IMG/VR virus record: IMGVR_UViG_3300043778_000063
Location: 8,707 to 72,706 of that record
Direction: 5' to 3' (one strand)
DNA: 64,000 nucleotides
From: a virus
Under the pieces are notes generated by a model, which made no database searches, was not told the DNA's origin, and was given only the letters and a program-made list of their open reading frames with translations. This document shows, one piece after another, positions 17,392 to 26,745 of the stretch. The stretch's first letter is position 1; each line of letters opens with the position of its first letter. Both the position numbers and the translations under genes were made by a program.

Positions 17392-18061
17392 GAAAGCAAC
17401 CGTCGCCATTCCGGCCGCGCCGAAGAGCCAGTTGGTAATCGTCGACGTGGCCCAAGGGAGTCAGGAGTGGTTCGAGGCGCGCCTTGGCATGCCATCGGCG
17501 TCAAATTTCGGCATCGTGATGGCGAGCGGCCGCGATGGCGACAAATCTCTGACGCGAACCGAATATCTCTATCGGATCGCTGGCGAGATCATCACCGGTC
17601 GCCCGGCTGAGGAGACGTTCAAGTCACGCGCCATGGAGCGCGGTAAGGAAATGGAGCCAGAAGCGATCGCCGATTATGAGATGCGCCATGGCGTCTCGGT
17701 ACGTCGCGTTGGTCTGGGCATTAATTTCTCTGGTTTGAAACGGTGCTGCGCCAGCCCAGATGGAATCGTCGGTTTCGATGGTGGCCTCGAGACAAAGACG
17801 ATGCGACCTGATCTGATGATTCCACTCCTTGAACGCGGTGCAAGAATGCCGTCGGAGCATAAGGCCCAGGTCATGGGAAACATGCTCGTCTTCGAGAAGG
17901 ATTTCTGGGATTTCAAGATCTTCTACCCGAGGATGCCTGACTTCACGGTTCGCGTCTATCGAGATGATTCTTACATCAAGGAGATGCACAACCAGATCGA
18001 AATCTTCAATCACGAAACGAAGCGCCTGGTCGAGAAGCTTCGCAGCATGGGAGCATCATAA
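17384..18061 (+). CDS. YqaJ/lambda exonuclease family
   Basis: QGSQEWFEARLG..SAS, MERGKEMEPEA, ASPDG, LETK, AQV. Confidence 0.92.
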   Translation: MAKKATVAIPAAPKSQLVIVDVAQGSQEWFEARLGMPSASNFGIVMASGRDGDKSLTRTEYLYRIAGEIITGRPAEETFKSRAMERGKEMEPEAIADYEMRHGVSVRRVGLGINFSGLKRCCASPDGIVGFDGGLETKTMRPDLMIPLLERGARMPSEHKAQVMGNMLVFEKDFWDFKIFYPRMPDFTVRVYRDDSYIKEMHNQIEIFNHETKRLVEKLRSMGAS

Positions 18062-18330
18062 TGGGTATGTTCAATCCGGATAAGGACGAGGAAAAATCCT
18101 TCGGCCCTCTGCCACAACCGCGGCAAATTGGAGACGGCGGCCCTGCGTTTCCGAGCGGAGATGGTCAAGCCGGCGGAGGACCGAATCACTACTATGGCAT
18201 GAGGCTTCGTGACTGGTTCGCTGGCCAGGTCCTCGCCGGATCGGCCCGCCAGTTCGACAAGCCGTCCGGCGCCGCGAAATGGGCCTATGACGTCGCAGAG
18301 GCGATGCTGAAAGAGCGGGAACGGACCTGA
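18061..18330 (+). CDS. Conserved phage hypothetical protein
   Basis: DGGPAFP...GMRLRDWFAGQVL...AYDVAEAML. Confidence 0.8.
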   Translation: MGMFNPDKDEEKSFGPLPQPRQIGDGGPAFPSGDGQAGGGPNHYYGMRLRDWFAGQVLAGSARQFDKPSGAAKWAYDVAEAMLKERERT

Positions 18331-18878
18331 TGCCGGCCGGCAAACCACGCAGCGCGAAGCTCCGACCAATCATCTGTATTTGGGACGGTCAGCATATGAT
18401 CCCCCTTCCCCGGTTCGATCGGCTTTGCGCTGCGCAGTTTGTCGTCAACGAAGAATACCCTCTGATGCTGGTCGAGAATCGTTCGCTGGCATCGCACAAC
18501 CATTATTTCGCGGCATTGACCGAGGCCTTCGAAAATTTGGCTGAAGAGTACGCCCAGGAATTCGATTCGGTGGAGCATCTTCGCGCGTGGTGTCTCTGCA
18601 TGGAGGGGTTTTGCACCCAGACACGATACGAACTCAATACGGCCGCCGATGCCAGGGTGCTACGAGACGTGCTGAAGGTGCAGGACAAGGCCACGATTGT
18701 GAAGATAAACGGGTCGGTCGCGATCGTCTACACGCCAGAGTCTCAGGCGATGTATGGCCCGAACAGAATGCATAAGGACAGGTTCCAGGCTAGTAAGGAT
18801 GCAGTCCTCGCTCGAGCTGCATCGATGGCGCGGACCACGCCGGCGGAACTGAAGAAGAACGCGGGGCAATCAGCATGA
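18330..18878 (+). CDS. NinB/DUF1367-like recombination accessory protein
   Basis: RSLASHNHYFAAL...EHLRAW. Confidence 0.6.
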   Translation: MPAGKPRSAKLRPIICIWDGQHMIPLPRFDRLCAAQFVVNEEYPLMLVENRSLASHNHYFAALTEAFENLAEEYAQEFDSVEHLRAWCLCMEGFCTQTRYELNTAADARVLRDVLKVQDKATIVKINGSVAIVYTPESQAMYGPNRMHKDRFQASKDAVLARAASMARTTPAELKKNAGQSA

Positions 18879-19201
18879 GCCTGAACGTATCGACACTGGC
18901 GCAGCAGATCGAGGCGATCGAGCAAGTCATCATCGCGCACCGGAGGCGAGGAGAGCCGGCCGGCAATGCGGAGATGTTCGAAGCGCTCACGGCGATTGCT
19001 GCGGATCTGCGGGCAAGGTCGAAGCTCCCGAACAGCGCCGCACTCACCGAGCTTGAAAAGGTCATGTTTCGGATGAAGGCGGCCAAGACCTCGCACGGCT
19101 GGTACGACGAAGGCAAGATGATTGCGGTCGCGAATGTAGTGGTCGCCAACTGGCACACGATCAGGCAGGCGCTGGAGAGATTCTCGGAGACGGAGACATG
19201 A
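18875..19201 (+). CDS. Hypothetical protein
   Basis: 108 aa, ATGA-coupled. Confidence 0.7.
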   Translation: MSLNVSTLAQQIEAIEQVIIAHRRRGEPAGNAEMFEALTAIAADLRARSKLPNSAALTELEKVMFRMKAAKTSHGWYDEGKMIAVANVVVANWHTIRQALERFSETET

Positions 19202-19380
19202 AGGATTACAACGGAAGGGAAATAAAAATCGGAGATCGGGTTTGCTGGGCCTCTGATCAATTGCGAGGATGGAAGCTTGGAGTCGTCGTCCAAATCGTCG
19301 ACGACAAAATGGTTACTCTGTCTGGCCCGTTCTGGAGGTCGGCCCGAGGTTTCGACTTAGTAGTCGAATCCGAATCATGA
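19198..19380 (+). CDS. Small SH3/KOW-like protein
   Basis: DYNGREIKIGDRV...GVVVQI. Confidence 0.65.
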   Translation: MKDYNGREIKIGDRVCWASDQLRGWKLGVVVQIVDDKMVTLSGPFWRSARGFDLVVESES

Positions 19381-19673
19381 GCGACCCGCACGAATACGAC
19401 GACGATCTTGACGACAGCGAGTGCTGGAATTGCGGCGGCGTCGGCCGGGTGAATGATTGCATCGACGGGTGCTGCGTTGATCAGGATGATCCGTGGTGCC
19501 CATACTGCTCGAAGCGCTGCGATATCTGCAATCCGAAACGGAAAGAGGAGAAGACCGATGTCGCATGTTACGGGTCCGAAGGAGATGCAGCGCAGACAAA
19601 TGCGGGAGGACCGCCACGCCAAGAAGAGCGGCAAGAAGCCCTCGACTTCGGACCTCAGAGCCCAGATTGCTAA
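19377..19673 (+). CDS. Cys-rich zinc-finger-like protein
   Basis: CWNCGG..CIDGCC..CPYC..CDIC. Confidence 0.6.
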   Translation: MSDPHEYDDDLDDSECWNCGGVGRVNDCIDGCCVDQDDPWCPYCSKRCDICNPKRKEEKTDVACYGSEGDAAQTNAGGPPRQEERQEALDFGPQSPDC

Positions 19674-19719
19674 GACGCAAGGGGCGAAGAAAATCAGGTC
19701 CGGCGGAAGGAAGAAATGA
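19558..19719 (+). CDS. Small basic protein
   Basis: GAGGAG RBS; GPKEMQRRQMRE; overlaps previous ORF. Confidence 0.5.
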   Translation: MSHVTGPKEMQRRQMREDRHAKKSGKKPSTSDLRAQIAKTQGAKKIRSGGRKK

Positions 19720-20192
19720 TGAAGCGCGAGCGCCCGCCAATGCCGCCTGTTGCTATATGCGCAATCGTCGCAGAACGGCAATTCCTTGCGATGAATCCAT
19801 CTGTCGGAGAGATCTATGCTCTTCTCAAGAAGGATTGGAGTACGACGCGCCGCTTGCAATGGATGCTGAGCCGGATATTCGAGGATGGCGAGAACGTCAC
19901 GCCGCATGCTCTTGATCACGATCCTGCTCTGATCCTGCGGCCCTACAATTCCCGCATCAGGGACGTCGCCGCGCGCTACACGCCGCACGCTCATTCCGCA
20001 GATCATCTGATCTACCGTGCGAAGGATGAACACCAGCAGAAGACCACCGGGCGACGCCCGGGCGCCGAGCGAACAATCACGACAAAGGGCAGCGATATCG
20101 GGATCAAAACCAAGTTCGCCCGGCTGGAACGCGGCCCGAGGCGTAAGGCGAAGATACCAAGCCATCCATTCCCGAAGAGGGCAAAGCGATGA
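19716..20192 (+). CDS. Degenerate HNH-like protein
   Basis: LDHDPALILR...HQQKT...SDI...KIPSHPF. Confidence 0.6.
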   Translation: MMKRERPPMPPVAICAIVAERQFLAMNPSVGEIYALLKKDWSTTRRLQWMLSRIFEDGENVTPHALDHDPALILRPYNSRIRDVAARYTPHAHSADHLIYRAKDEHQQKTTGRRPGAERTITTKGSDIGIKTKFARLERGPRRKAKIPSHPFPKRAKR

Positions 20193-20398
20193 CGACGCGA
20201 ACCGCAGTCCTGATCGACGAGCGCGACCGCCGAGTCGGGAAGGTCCAGGTCCCCGAGATCTGTTTCGTGATCCAGCACAATGGATGCACGTTCGTCCGGA
20301 CGGAGAAGACGGTTCGGCTGCACCACTCGCATCGCGCATTCGCGGTGGTGTTTGATCAGACGGAAATTTTCATCCGCGAGCGGCTGGAGGCGATATGA
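20189..20398 (+). CDS. Hypothetical protein
   Basis: 69 aa, coupled both sides. Confidence 0.6.
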   Translation: MTTRTAVLIDERDRRVGKVQVPEICFVIQHNGCTFVRTEKTVRLHHSHRAFAVVFDQTEIFIRERLEAI

Positions 20399-21054
20399 CC
20401 GAGCAGCTCGGGCTATTCGCCGGCGCTGTCGAGCCCCGCCAGCATCCTCGACCGTCGGAGCCGATCATTCGTTCGGCCGACATCGAAGGGCCGTACCGCT
20501 GGTCGATGACGCGCGCCTGGGGCGCTGGCCCGCATGTCCTATGGGGATTGCTCAACCCGTCTGACGCTGACGGCAGGCGAGACGATCCGACGACGCTTCG
20601 CATGATGCAGTTCAGCTATTCATGGGGCTTCGGGTCAATGACGGTCGTCAACGTCTATCCGTTCATTTCGTCCACGCCGAAGGAAATGATCGCTTGGCGG
20701 CACACGTTCGATCACAAGACGCACGAAGCACTCGGGATGCCACTGTGGGAAACCGGCATCGACCGCGGAAGTTGGTCCGCCTTCCTGCATAATCAGCGGA
20801 TCATTTCCGGGCTGATCACCGAGGAAACTACCTGCGTCGCCGCTTGGGGTCTCGGCCCCGACCCGATCGACCTGCAGAACTTCCTGGTCGGCGTCTGCAT
20901 GCGCGTTCAGGACACCGAGTATGGCTGCGTTCCGATCCCGCCGACGTGGCATTGCATCGGAACGACATCCGATGGAAGCCCGATCCACCCTCTCGCGCGC
21001 GGACGCAACCGCGTCCCCGAAGGAACCGAATTGCGGAAATGGAAGAGGACGTGA
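20395..21054 (+). CDS. DUF1643 family protein
   Basis: YRWSMTRAWG..LLNPSDAD..DDPT..GFG..VVNVY..AAWG..GSPIHPL. Confidence 0.85.
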   Translation: MTEQLGLFAGAVEPRQHPRPSEPIIRSADIEGPYRWSMTRAWGAGPHVLWGLLNPSDADGRRDDPTTLRMMQFSYSWGFGSMTVVNVYPFISSTPKEMIAWRHTFDHKTHEALGMPLWETGIDRGSWSAFLHNQRIISGLITEETTCVAAWGLGPDPIDLQNFLVGVCMRVQDTEYGCVPIPPTWHCIGTTSDGSPIHPLARGRNRVPEGTELRKWKRT

Positions 21055-21287
21055 TGGACGGAATCGAAATCGGAGAACGGTGGCGACATCGCAAACGCGG
21101 TATCGTTTACGAGATCATCGCTACCAGTGCGAACCTGCAGTGCTCGGCCGCACCGGAGTTCGAAGCAATGTTCGATGATGACCATTTCATCGTCTACAAA
21201 AGCGTCAGAACCGGAGCATTTTGGATTCGTCCTGCTCCAGAATTTTTGGATGGTCGGTTTGAGAAGGTAGAACAGGAAGAATCATGA
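21054..21287 (+). CDS. DUF1653 family protein
   Basis: WRHRKRGIVYEII...VYKS..FWIRPAPEFLDGRF. Confidence 0.8.
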   Translation: MDGIEIGERWRHRKRGIVYEIIATSANLQCSAAPEFEAMFDDDHFIVYKSVRTGAFWIRPAPEFLDGRFEKVEQEES

Positions 21288-22105
21288 GCAAATATTTCGA
21301 CGACCAGCCGATTGTCCGCGGCGCCGATGTGATCTATCGGCCGGCTGGAAATGCCGGCGAATACGCTCCGTTGGCGACCAATCCGTGGAAGGGTTGCGGG
21401 CATGGCTGCAAATATTGCTATGTTCCGAACGCCACCCACATCGATCGCAAACTATTCAATGCTGGAGCCATCTATCGGGGGCCCGAATACGAGCGGCGGC
21501 TGGACCGCGACATCGACCGCCACCGGCATCTGTCAGGGACGGCGGCCGAGCAGGTCTTCATCACGTTCAGCAGCGATCCGTTCCACCCGCATGGCCGTCT
21601 GATCGAGACCACCGGCGTCGTAATGGAAAAACTTCGGCTGGGTGGTCTCGCCTATTGCACGCTGTCAAAGGGCGGCACCCGGGCACTACCGTTCCTGAAA
21701 TGCTACCGGCCAGATCGCGATGCCTATGCTTGCACGCTGACGACGCTTGATGATGATTTCTCGCGGAAATGGGAACCGAACGCCGCATTGCCGGCGGATC
21801 GAATTGAAGCCTTGCAGGCCTTCCACAACGCCGGCATCTTCACGTGGGTCTCGCTCGAGCCAACGCTTGATGTCGACGCCAGCCTCAACATCGTTTGGGA
21901 GACGCATCAGTTCGTTGATCTCTACAAGATCGGCCGCGCTAACTACCTCAAAGAGATCACGCGAACTACAGACTGGCGCGATTACACCATCCACATGATT
22001 GCGCTCTGCCAGGACCTCGGCGTTAGGCACTACATCAAGAAGGACCTGCAAGAATTTTTGCCGCCCGGCTATCCCAACCCGCTGCGGGTTCAGCAGCATC
22101 ACTAG
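21284..22105 (+). CDS. Radical SAM protein (spore-photoproduct-lyase-like)
   Basis: NPWKGCGHGCKYCY (CxxxCxxC), SDPF, WEPNA...RIEAL, VSLEP. Confidence 0.88.
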   Translation: MSKYFDDQPIVRGADVIYRPAGNAGEYAPLATNPWKGCGHGCKYCYVPNATHIDRKLFNAGAIYRGPEYERRLDRDIDRHRHLSGTAAEQVFITFSSDPFHPHGRLIETTGVVMEKLRLGGLAYCTLSKGGTRALPFLKCYRPDRDAYACTLTTLDDDFSRKWEPNAALPADRIEALQAFHNAGIFTWVSLEPTLDVDASLNIVWETHQFVDLYKIGRANYLKEITRTTDWRDYTIHMIALCQDLGVRHYIKKDLQEFLPPGYPNPLRVQQHH

Positions 22106-22114
22106 GAGAACGAA

Positions 22115-22813
22115 ATGACGATCGAAACGCATGTGGTGGACATGAGCAAATACGCCGTCAGAGGGAAGCTTTCCGTGACCCGATCTGAATCCGCGCCATC
22201 CTCGTTAATGGACGCTGACCTGAGCGACGCAGCATTGATTCACCGTGCGTCCGTGATCGTCGGCTATGCGGCGGCGATTACCGCGGCAATCCTGATGCTG
22301 ATCTTTATCGCGGTTCTCATTTTCATCCCGATCCCGGCAAAAGCCGAGAGCGCCGGCAAGATCACGATTGCCCAAGCCGCCGCGATGACCACGGCGCTGC
22401 GCAACATGGACGGCCACATTATCGTCGTGAAACAGGGCGGCATCGACAACATGGTGATGATCCCGTGGGACTTCGGGTCGGCATCCCTGCGGCTCCGAAT
22501 CGCGAGCGACATTGCGATCCTTGATGGCGTCGCGAGATCGGTCGAAGCATCCCGGCAGGCGATCATTAAGGAACTCCTCGCAAAGGCGAATGAGCGGACC
22601 CCGGACAAGTCGGTGACCGAGATCAAGCCGAGCACGCCCGAATATGACGAGTTCCAGCGCCAGTACGCCGACCTCAATGCGAGCCCCGCGCCTGGAACCC
22701 AGGACCTCGCCCGGATCAAGGCCAGCGAACTCCACATGGACCGGAACGATATACCGGTGACGGTCCTTTCCGCGCTTGGCCCCATCCTAGACGACGACGT
22801 TTCCGCCAAATAG
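22115..22813 (+). CDS. Hypothetical membrane-anchored/exported protein
   Basis: Long hydrophobic segment ending IPAKA|ESA. Confidence 0.7.
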   Translation: MTIETHVVDMSKYAVRGKLSVTRSESAPSSLMDADLSDAALIHRASVIVGYAAAITAAILMLIFIAVLIFIPIPAKAESAGKITIAQAAAMTTALRNMDGHIIVVKQGGIDNMVMIPWDFGSASLRLRIASDIAILDGVARSVEASRQAIIKELLAKANERTPDKSVTEIKPSTPEYDEFQRQYADLNASPAPGTQDLARIKASELHMDRNDIPVTVLSALGPILDDDVSAK

Positions 22814-22938
22814 ACCCGCGCCGGGCCGCATTCTGGCCCATGCGCGTCATTCCGAACCGTCCGCTACGGTCGTCTACCCCAAAACCAACCGCGCCCAGCG
22901 GCCTCCTCTGGGGCGTCATCCCGAAACAGGAGTTCCCC

Positions 22939-23481
22939 ATGGCACCACCCTTTGTCGAGCGACTTCGCGACCGCCAGATGGCCGAAGCCGTCCTTTCCAT
23001 GCCAGATCCGGAATCGATTCGAACGGTTCCCCGCGCCCGCGACAATCCGATCCTCCGCGCCGCCGAGGACCTCGCCGCCAGTTGGGAGGAGATGCGCCTG
23101 GAACGCGACGAGGCGCGCCTTGCCGCCGAGCGGGACCGGCAGGAGAACCTGCGCCTGAGCGAACGGGTTGACGCGCTCGAGCGCGAGCTCCGGGAAAAAG
23201 TCGCGTTCCTGGTCGAGGAGGCCGACGACGAGAAGCGGCGCGCCCTGGACTTTCACGGCCAGGCGCAGGGGCTCCGGGCAAGTTTCTCGGTCATCGTGCA
23301 GGCGCTGCTTTATGTGGTCCAAGCCGATGCCGCCGCCGGCGGCGTTCTTCCCAAGCCGCCCCCGATCGAGGAGCAGCCCGCAGCGCACCCTGCGCCTGAG
23401 GGTCGTGCCATCCATCCGATGGACCTCGACGATATCTCCAGCATCCTGCAGCGGCTGCCGCCGAACAGCCTGAAGAGGTAA
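22939..23481 (+). CDS. Coiled-coil hypothetical protein
   Basis: AGGAG RBS; heptad-rich centre. Confidence 0.7.
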   Translation: MAPPFVERLRDRQMAEAVLSMPDPESIRTVPRARDNPILRAAEDLAASWEEMRLERDEARLAAERDRQENLRLSERVDALERELREKVAFLVEEADDEKRRALDFHGQAQGLRASFSVIVQALLYVVQADAAAGGVLPKPPPIEEQPAAHPAPEGRAIHPMDLDDISSILQRLPPNSLKR

Positions 23482-23484
23482 CCA

Positions 23485-23622
23485 ATGAACCGCAACAGCA
23501 TATTCGACCCCACCGCATGGATCATGATACCAATCGGCATCACGCTTGCTTTTTGGCAGGCGGTTCTTATGGGCAATCCGCCGCCGGTCATGCGCGATAG
23601 GTTGGGGAAATTGGGCAAGTGA
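23485..23622 (+). CDS. Small membrane protein (45 aa, not in ORF track)
   Basis: GAGG RBS; WIMIPIGITLAFWQAVL hydrophobic helix. Confidence 0.45.
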   Translation: MNRNSIFDPTAWIMIPIGITLAFWQAVLMGNPPPVMRDRLGKLGK

Positions 23623-23822
23623 GCGCCCTTGAGCCGATCGGGCATCGATCCTGCTCGAACTGCGGCAACTGGAACAAATCGATCTCGGTTCCAGAGGATG
23701 ACGTGATGAAAGCGTTGTGCTGCGTCGACAATGAGGTCCGGAGCGGCGGCTATCGGTGCGGATCGTGGATTCGAAGGATCGACTGGCTCAAGGCGCCTCC
23801 GGCTCGACCTTACGAAATGTGA
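23619..23822 (+). CDS. Small Cys-rich protein
   Basis: CSNCGNW...CC...C. Confidence 0.55.
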   Translation: MSALEPIGHRSCSNCGNWNKSISVPEDDVMKALCCVDNEVRSGGYRCGSWIRRIDWLKAPPARPYEM

Positions 23823-23976
23823 CCTCCCAGGTCTCGCCGATCGCGAATTGAACGATCGCCTTTGAGATCTGGCCCATCAGATGCGATCCGCCGTCCAGCG
23901 GATCAGGCTTCAGCAGGAACATGTCCTCCCCGTTCTTCGATACGGTCGCGAGGCATTTCCACTGCACCGAGGCCAT
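23788..23976 (-). CDS. Hypothetical protein (last gene of late operon)
   Basis: 62 aa immediately after upstream stop. Confidence 0.55.
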   Translation of the reverse strand: MASVQWKCLATVSKNGEDMFLLKPDPLDGGSHLMGQISKAIVQFAIGETWEVTFRKVEPEAP

Positions 23977-23977
23977 G

Positions 23978-24601
23978 TCACTTCTGCGATTGATTTTTCA
24001 ACTCGACCTCGAGCTTTGAAATCCTCTCGATCAGGGACTCCAGCGACGGAAGCTTGTCGCGTTCGTCGGACCTGATCTGGTCAATTTCCTTTTCAGTTAT
24101 GGACTGCCTGGTCTGGAGATTCCCGCGCTCGACGTTCTCACCGGCATGCTCCACAATCCGATTGGTTTCGTCGTCCTTCAGTTTAGCGACATCCATAGAA
24201 TCGATCTGCACGTGAGTTTGGAGGCTGCCCAATTGAATCGCGCCGGAGATAAGCGCGATCACTATCGCCACGATGATGCTGACTCCTCCGATCAGGATCG
24301 CGGGATTGGTCTTTCCCAGCAGATCGACCTTGTCGGAGAGCGCCTTATATTGGGCGTTGTATTCGATCGACTTTACGAACGTGATATTCTGATCGATCAA
24401 AGTCTGACGAAACTCGTTGACGCTATCGAATCGCTTCTCAAGCGCCTTTCCTGCGACATCAACTGCGGCAAGAGCGGCTGCGAATCTTTCTTGCGCCAAT
24501 TCCTTCGCCGCACCGATTCTCTCGATCGATAGATCCTCGGCTTTGGATAGGCGGTCCTCGAATTCCTTTTTGGTGACCAAGCGATGAACCTCGGCGGTCA
24601 T
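23978..24601 (-). CDS. Membrane protein with coiled coils (lysis region)
   Basis: Central TM AILIGGVSIIVAIVIALISG flanked by coiled coils. Confidence 0.7.
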   Translation of the reverse strand: MTAEVHRLVTKKEFEDRLSKAEDLSIERIGAAKELAQERFAAALAAVDVAGKALEKRFDSVNEFRQTLIDQNITFVKSIEYNAQYKALSDKVDLLGKTNPAILIGGVSIIVAIVIALISGAIQLGSLQTHVQIDSMDVAKLKDDETNRIVEHAGENVERGNLQTRQSITEKEIDQIRSDERDKLPSLESLIERISKLEVELKNQSQK

Positions 24602-24605
24602 GTCC

Positions 24606-25049
24606 CTATCCCCAATACCATGCCGTCGAGACTACAACGGCCGCGACCGACAGCATCCACGGCCAATTCCCAAGCGCTCGTTGCGTCAGGAAATAGGTCA
24701 CCCCGACGCGCCCAATGATCAGGAAGAACGCCCCGATGATCATCAGCGTGACCTGGGTGGAATTCATAGGACCGCCCCCACCTCCGATCCCGATCCGGCG
24801 CCAATACCAGACGGTAACCCGCGTGATGGCGGCGCCGGCGCCCTCGAAACACAGCAGCCCGGCGACGCCGATCAGGCATCGATAGATGTCGTCCTCGTCG
24901 AATCTCTCGAACTTGATCGGGCTGAGATGCCCGCTCAGAAGCCGAAATAGCTCGTAAATGTAGACGAACAAAACGAGGAGCATGATCACAGCGACGATGG
25001 CCGACTCTGTGTTCGCGTATTCATTGAGAGCGATCAGCGTTTGCATCAT
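24606..25049 (-). CDS. Multi-pass membrane protein (lysis region)
   Basis: About four hydrophobic helices. Confidence 0.7.
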   Translation of the reverse strand: MMQTLIALNEYANTESAIVAVIMLLVLFVYIYELFRLLSGHLSPIKFERFDEDDIYRCLIGVAGLLCFEGAGAAITRVTVWYWRRIGIGGGGGPMNSTQVTLMIIGAFFLIIGRVGVTYFLTQRALGNWPWMLSVAAVVVSTAWYWG

Positions 25050-25228
25050 TCGTCATCCTCATGTTCTTCATTGAAGTGGATGGATATCGCGATCAGAGGA
25101 TCAAGCTTGGCGCATAGAATCGATGTGCGCTCTTTGAGACGTTCCGCAGCGACGTGAACTCGATCTGATTCGTCGAGGCGATGAGGCCTGCCGGTCAGTT
25201 TTTCCCACAGCCTCACCCATATGGTCAT
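25046..25228 (-). CDS. Small hypothetical protein
   Basis: MTIWVRLWEK..., ATGA-coupled both sides. Confidence 0.55.
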   Translation of the reverse strand: MTIWVRLWEKLTGRPHRLDESDRVHVAAERLKERTSILCAKLDPLIAISIHFNEEHEDDE

Positions 25229-25518
25229 CGCCGGCCTCGCCCATTCGGCTTCACGTTCAGAACTCGATCGAAAATTCCGTTCGTTGACCGTTGCACTTCG
25301 GCCATCTTGTCGATTGCGCTCGCGGTGTCGTTCATTGATTCGGTGGTGTCTCTCGACACCTGCTTCAGCTCGGCCTGTGCCGATTTCCGCTCGTCCCGTT
25401 CCATCCACCACCTGAACTCCGCGGACACCCACAGGATCGCGAAGGCTCCAGCGATCCCATGTGCTGCGATGAACGCGAACACTTTTTCGAGAAAATCGCC
25501 CAAGCTCTCCAGGGTCAT
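25225..25518 (-). CDS. Putative holin-like membrane protein
   Basis: One TM (FIAAHGIAGAFAILW) plus coiled coil, basic C-terminus. Confidence 0.5.
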   Translation of the reverse strand: MTLESLGDFLEKVFAFIAAHGIAGAFAILWVSAEFRWWMERDERKSAQAELKQVSRDTTESMNDTASAIDKMAEVQRSTNGIFDRVLNVKPNGRGRR

Positions 25519-25644
25519 CGGGTAGCATCCTACTCTCCGAAATTGTCCTGGGCGACCAAAAACAAACGGCCCTGATTCCTGCATATATGGAATCAAGGCC
25601 GGTTGCATCAGTTGTCATGATTCGCGCGATGCGCGCGATCCGAT

Positions 25645-26385
25645 TCAGAACTCGACAGCGACGCCGGCGAGATACTTCGTCCCGACGGTCGACGTCACGC
25701 CGACCGGGCCACCGAACGTGACGCCTTTGTTTTGAAATACGGTCTCGACGTACTCGCGAACGGCAGAACCGTTGCTGAGTTGCTCCATCAGGTCGAACTC
25801 GATTTTTGGCGAGAACGACCAGACTTTGTTGGATCCGGCGCCGAGAAAGGCGACCGTGACGTCGTCCGCGCGGAAGCCTGCGCCAAAGCCGGCTTGAACG
25901 TTACTTGCAGTGACGCCGACCGGCAGCAACGGGAACGGGGCTACGCTGCTGAACGGATTCGGCAAGCTCAGCAGACCCAACGCGTTCTGGATGGTCGAAA
26001 CAGGCGTCCATATCAGTCCGGTACCCTCGAATGAGACCGGGCCCGAGACCGAGAAGCCAGCGTTGGCGCCGTTGAAATTAGTCGCGCTGACTTTGCCCTC
26101 GATCGCATAGGCGAACATGCTGCTTTTGCTGCCCCAGGCATAGCCGGCATTCAGGCCAACACCCGCCGTGGTCGTGGTCAGGCTGGCCGGGTTAACGCCA
26201 GGGACACTGGCGACCACCGGGCCGCCGCCGGCCTCGGTGAAGATGCCGGCGTAGAAGCCGGAAGTGCCGAACGGATAGCCGGTAAAGACGGGGGTTGCTG
26301 GCGCCTTGACGGCCATGTCCGCAGCAAGCGCGGGACCGGCCAGGAAAGCCGCGGCGATCGCCGCAATGCGGAGGAAGTTCTTCAT
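25645..26385 (-). CDS. Outer-membrane beta-barrel protein (Omp25/RopB-like)
   Basis: Signal peptide ..ALA|ADMAVKAP, SGFYAG, GLNAGY amphipathic strands, C-terminal Phe. Confidence 0.8.
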   Translation of the reverse strand: MKNFLRIAAIAAAFLAGPALAADMAVKAPATPVFTGYPFGTSGFYAGIFTEAGGGPVVASVPGVNPASLTTTTAGVGLNAGYAWGSKSSMFAYAIEGKVSATNFNGANAGFSVSGPVSFEGTGLIWTPVSTIQNALGLLSLPNPFSSVAPFPLLPVGVTASNVQAGFGAGFRADDVTVAFLGAGSNKVWSFSPKIEFDLMEQLSNGSAVREYVETVFQNKGVTFGGPVGVTSTVGTKYLAGVAVEF

Positions 26386-26502
26386 GGAGTGTCCTCTCAA
26401 GGGGTGACGGAATGCGCAGGAAGGTACGCGCCGACCACGTCAGGCCGAAAGAGGATTTACGGCGGCGCGCGTCAGATTATCTCCGACTGCGGCATTTATA
26501 CA

Positions 26503-26745
26503 TCACCGCCGTTCGCCGGTCTGTTCGCATCCGTAGCGGCCGCAGGGATGATAGCCAGCCTCGATAGCATCCTTGGACCACGATTGCGGGATCCAAAATC
26601 GCTGTTCCGAATCCAGCGATAGCGGCACACCGCGGACTTGAGCGCTGGTCGTGCAGCAATCCGGAGTTACCGAAAACATCACCATGCGTTCGGCCGCGGC
26701 CGCAGGAATCACCGAGGCCAGCAGCGCCGCAATGACCCGGTTCAT
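26503..26745 (-). CDS. Small secreted Cys-containing protein
   Basis: Signal peptide MNRVIAALLASVIPAAAA; CC..C..C. Confidence 0.55.
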   Translation of the reverse strand: MNRVIAALLASVIPAAAAERMVMFSVTPDCCTTSAQVRGVPLSLDSEQRFWIPQSWSKDAIEAGYHPCGRYGCEQTGERR

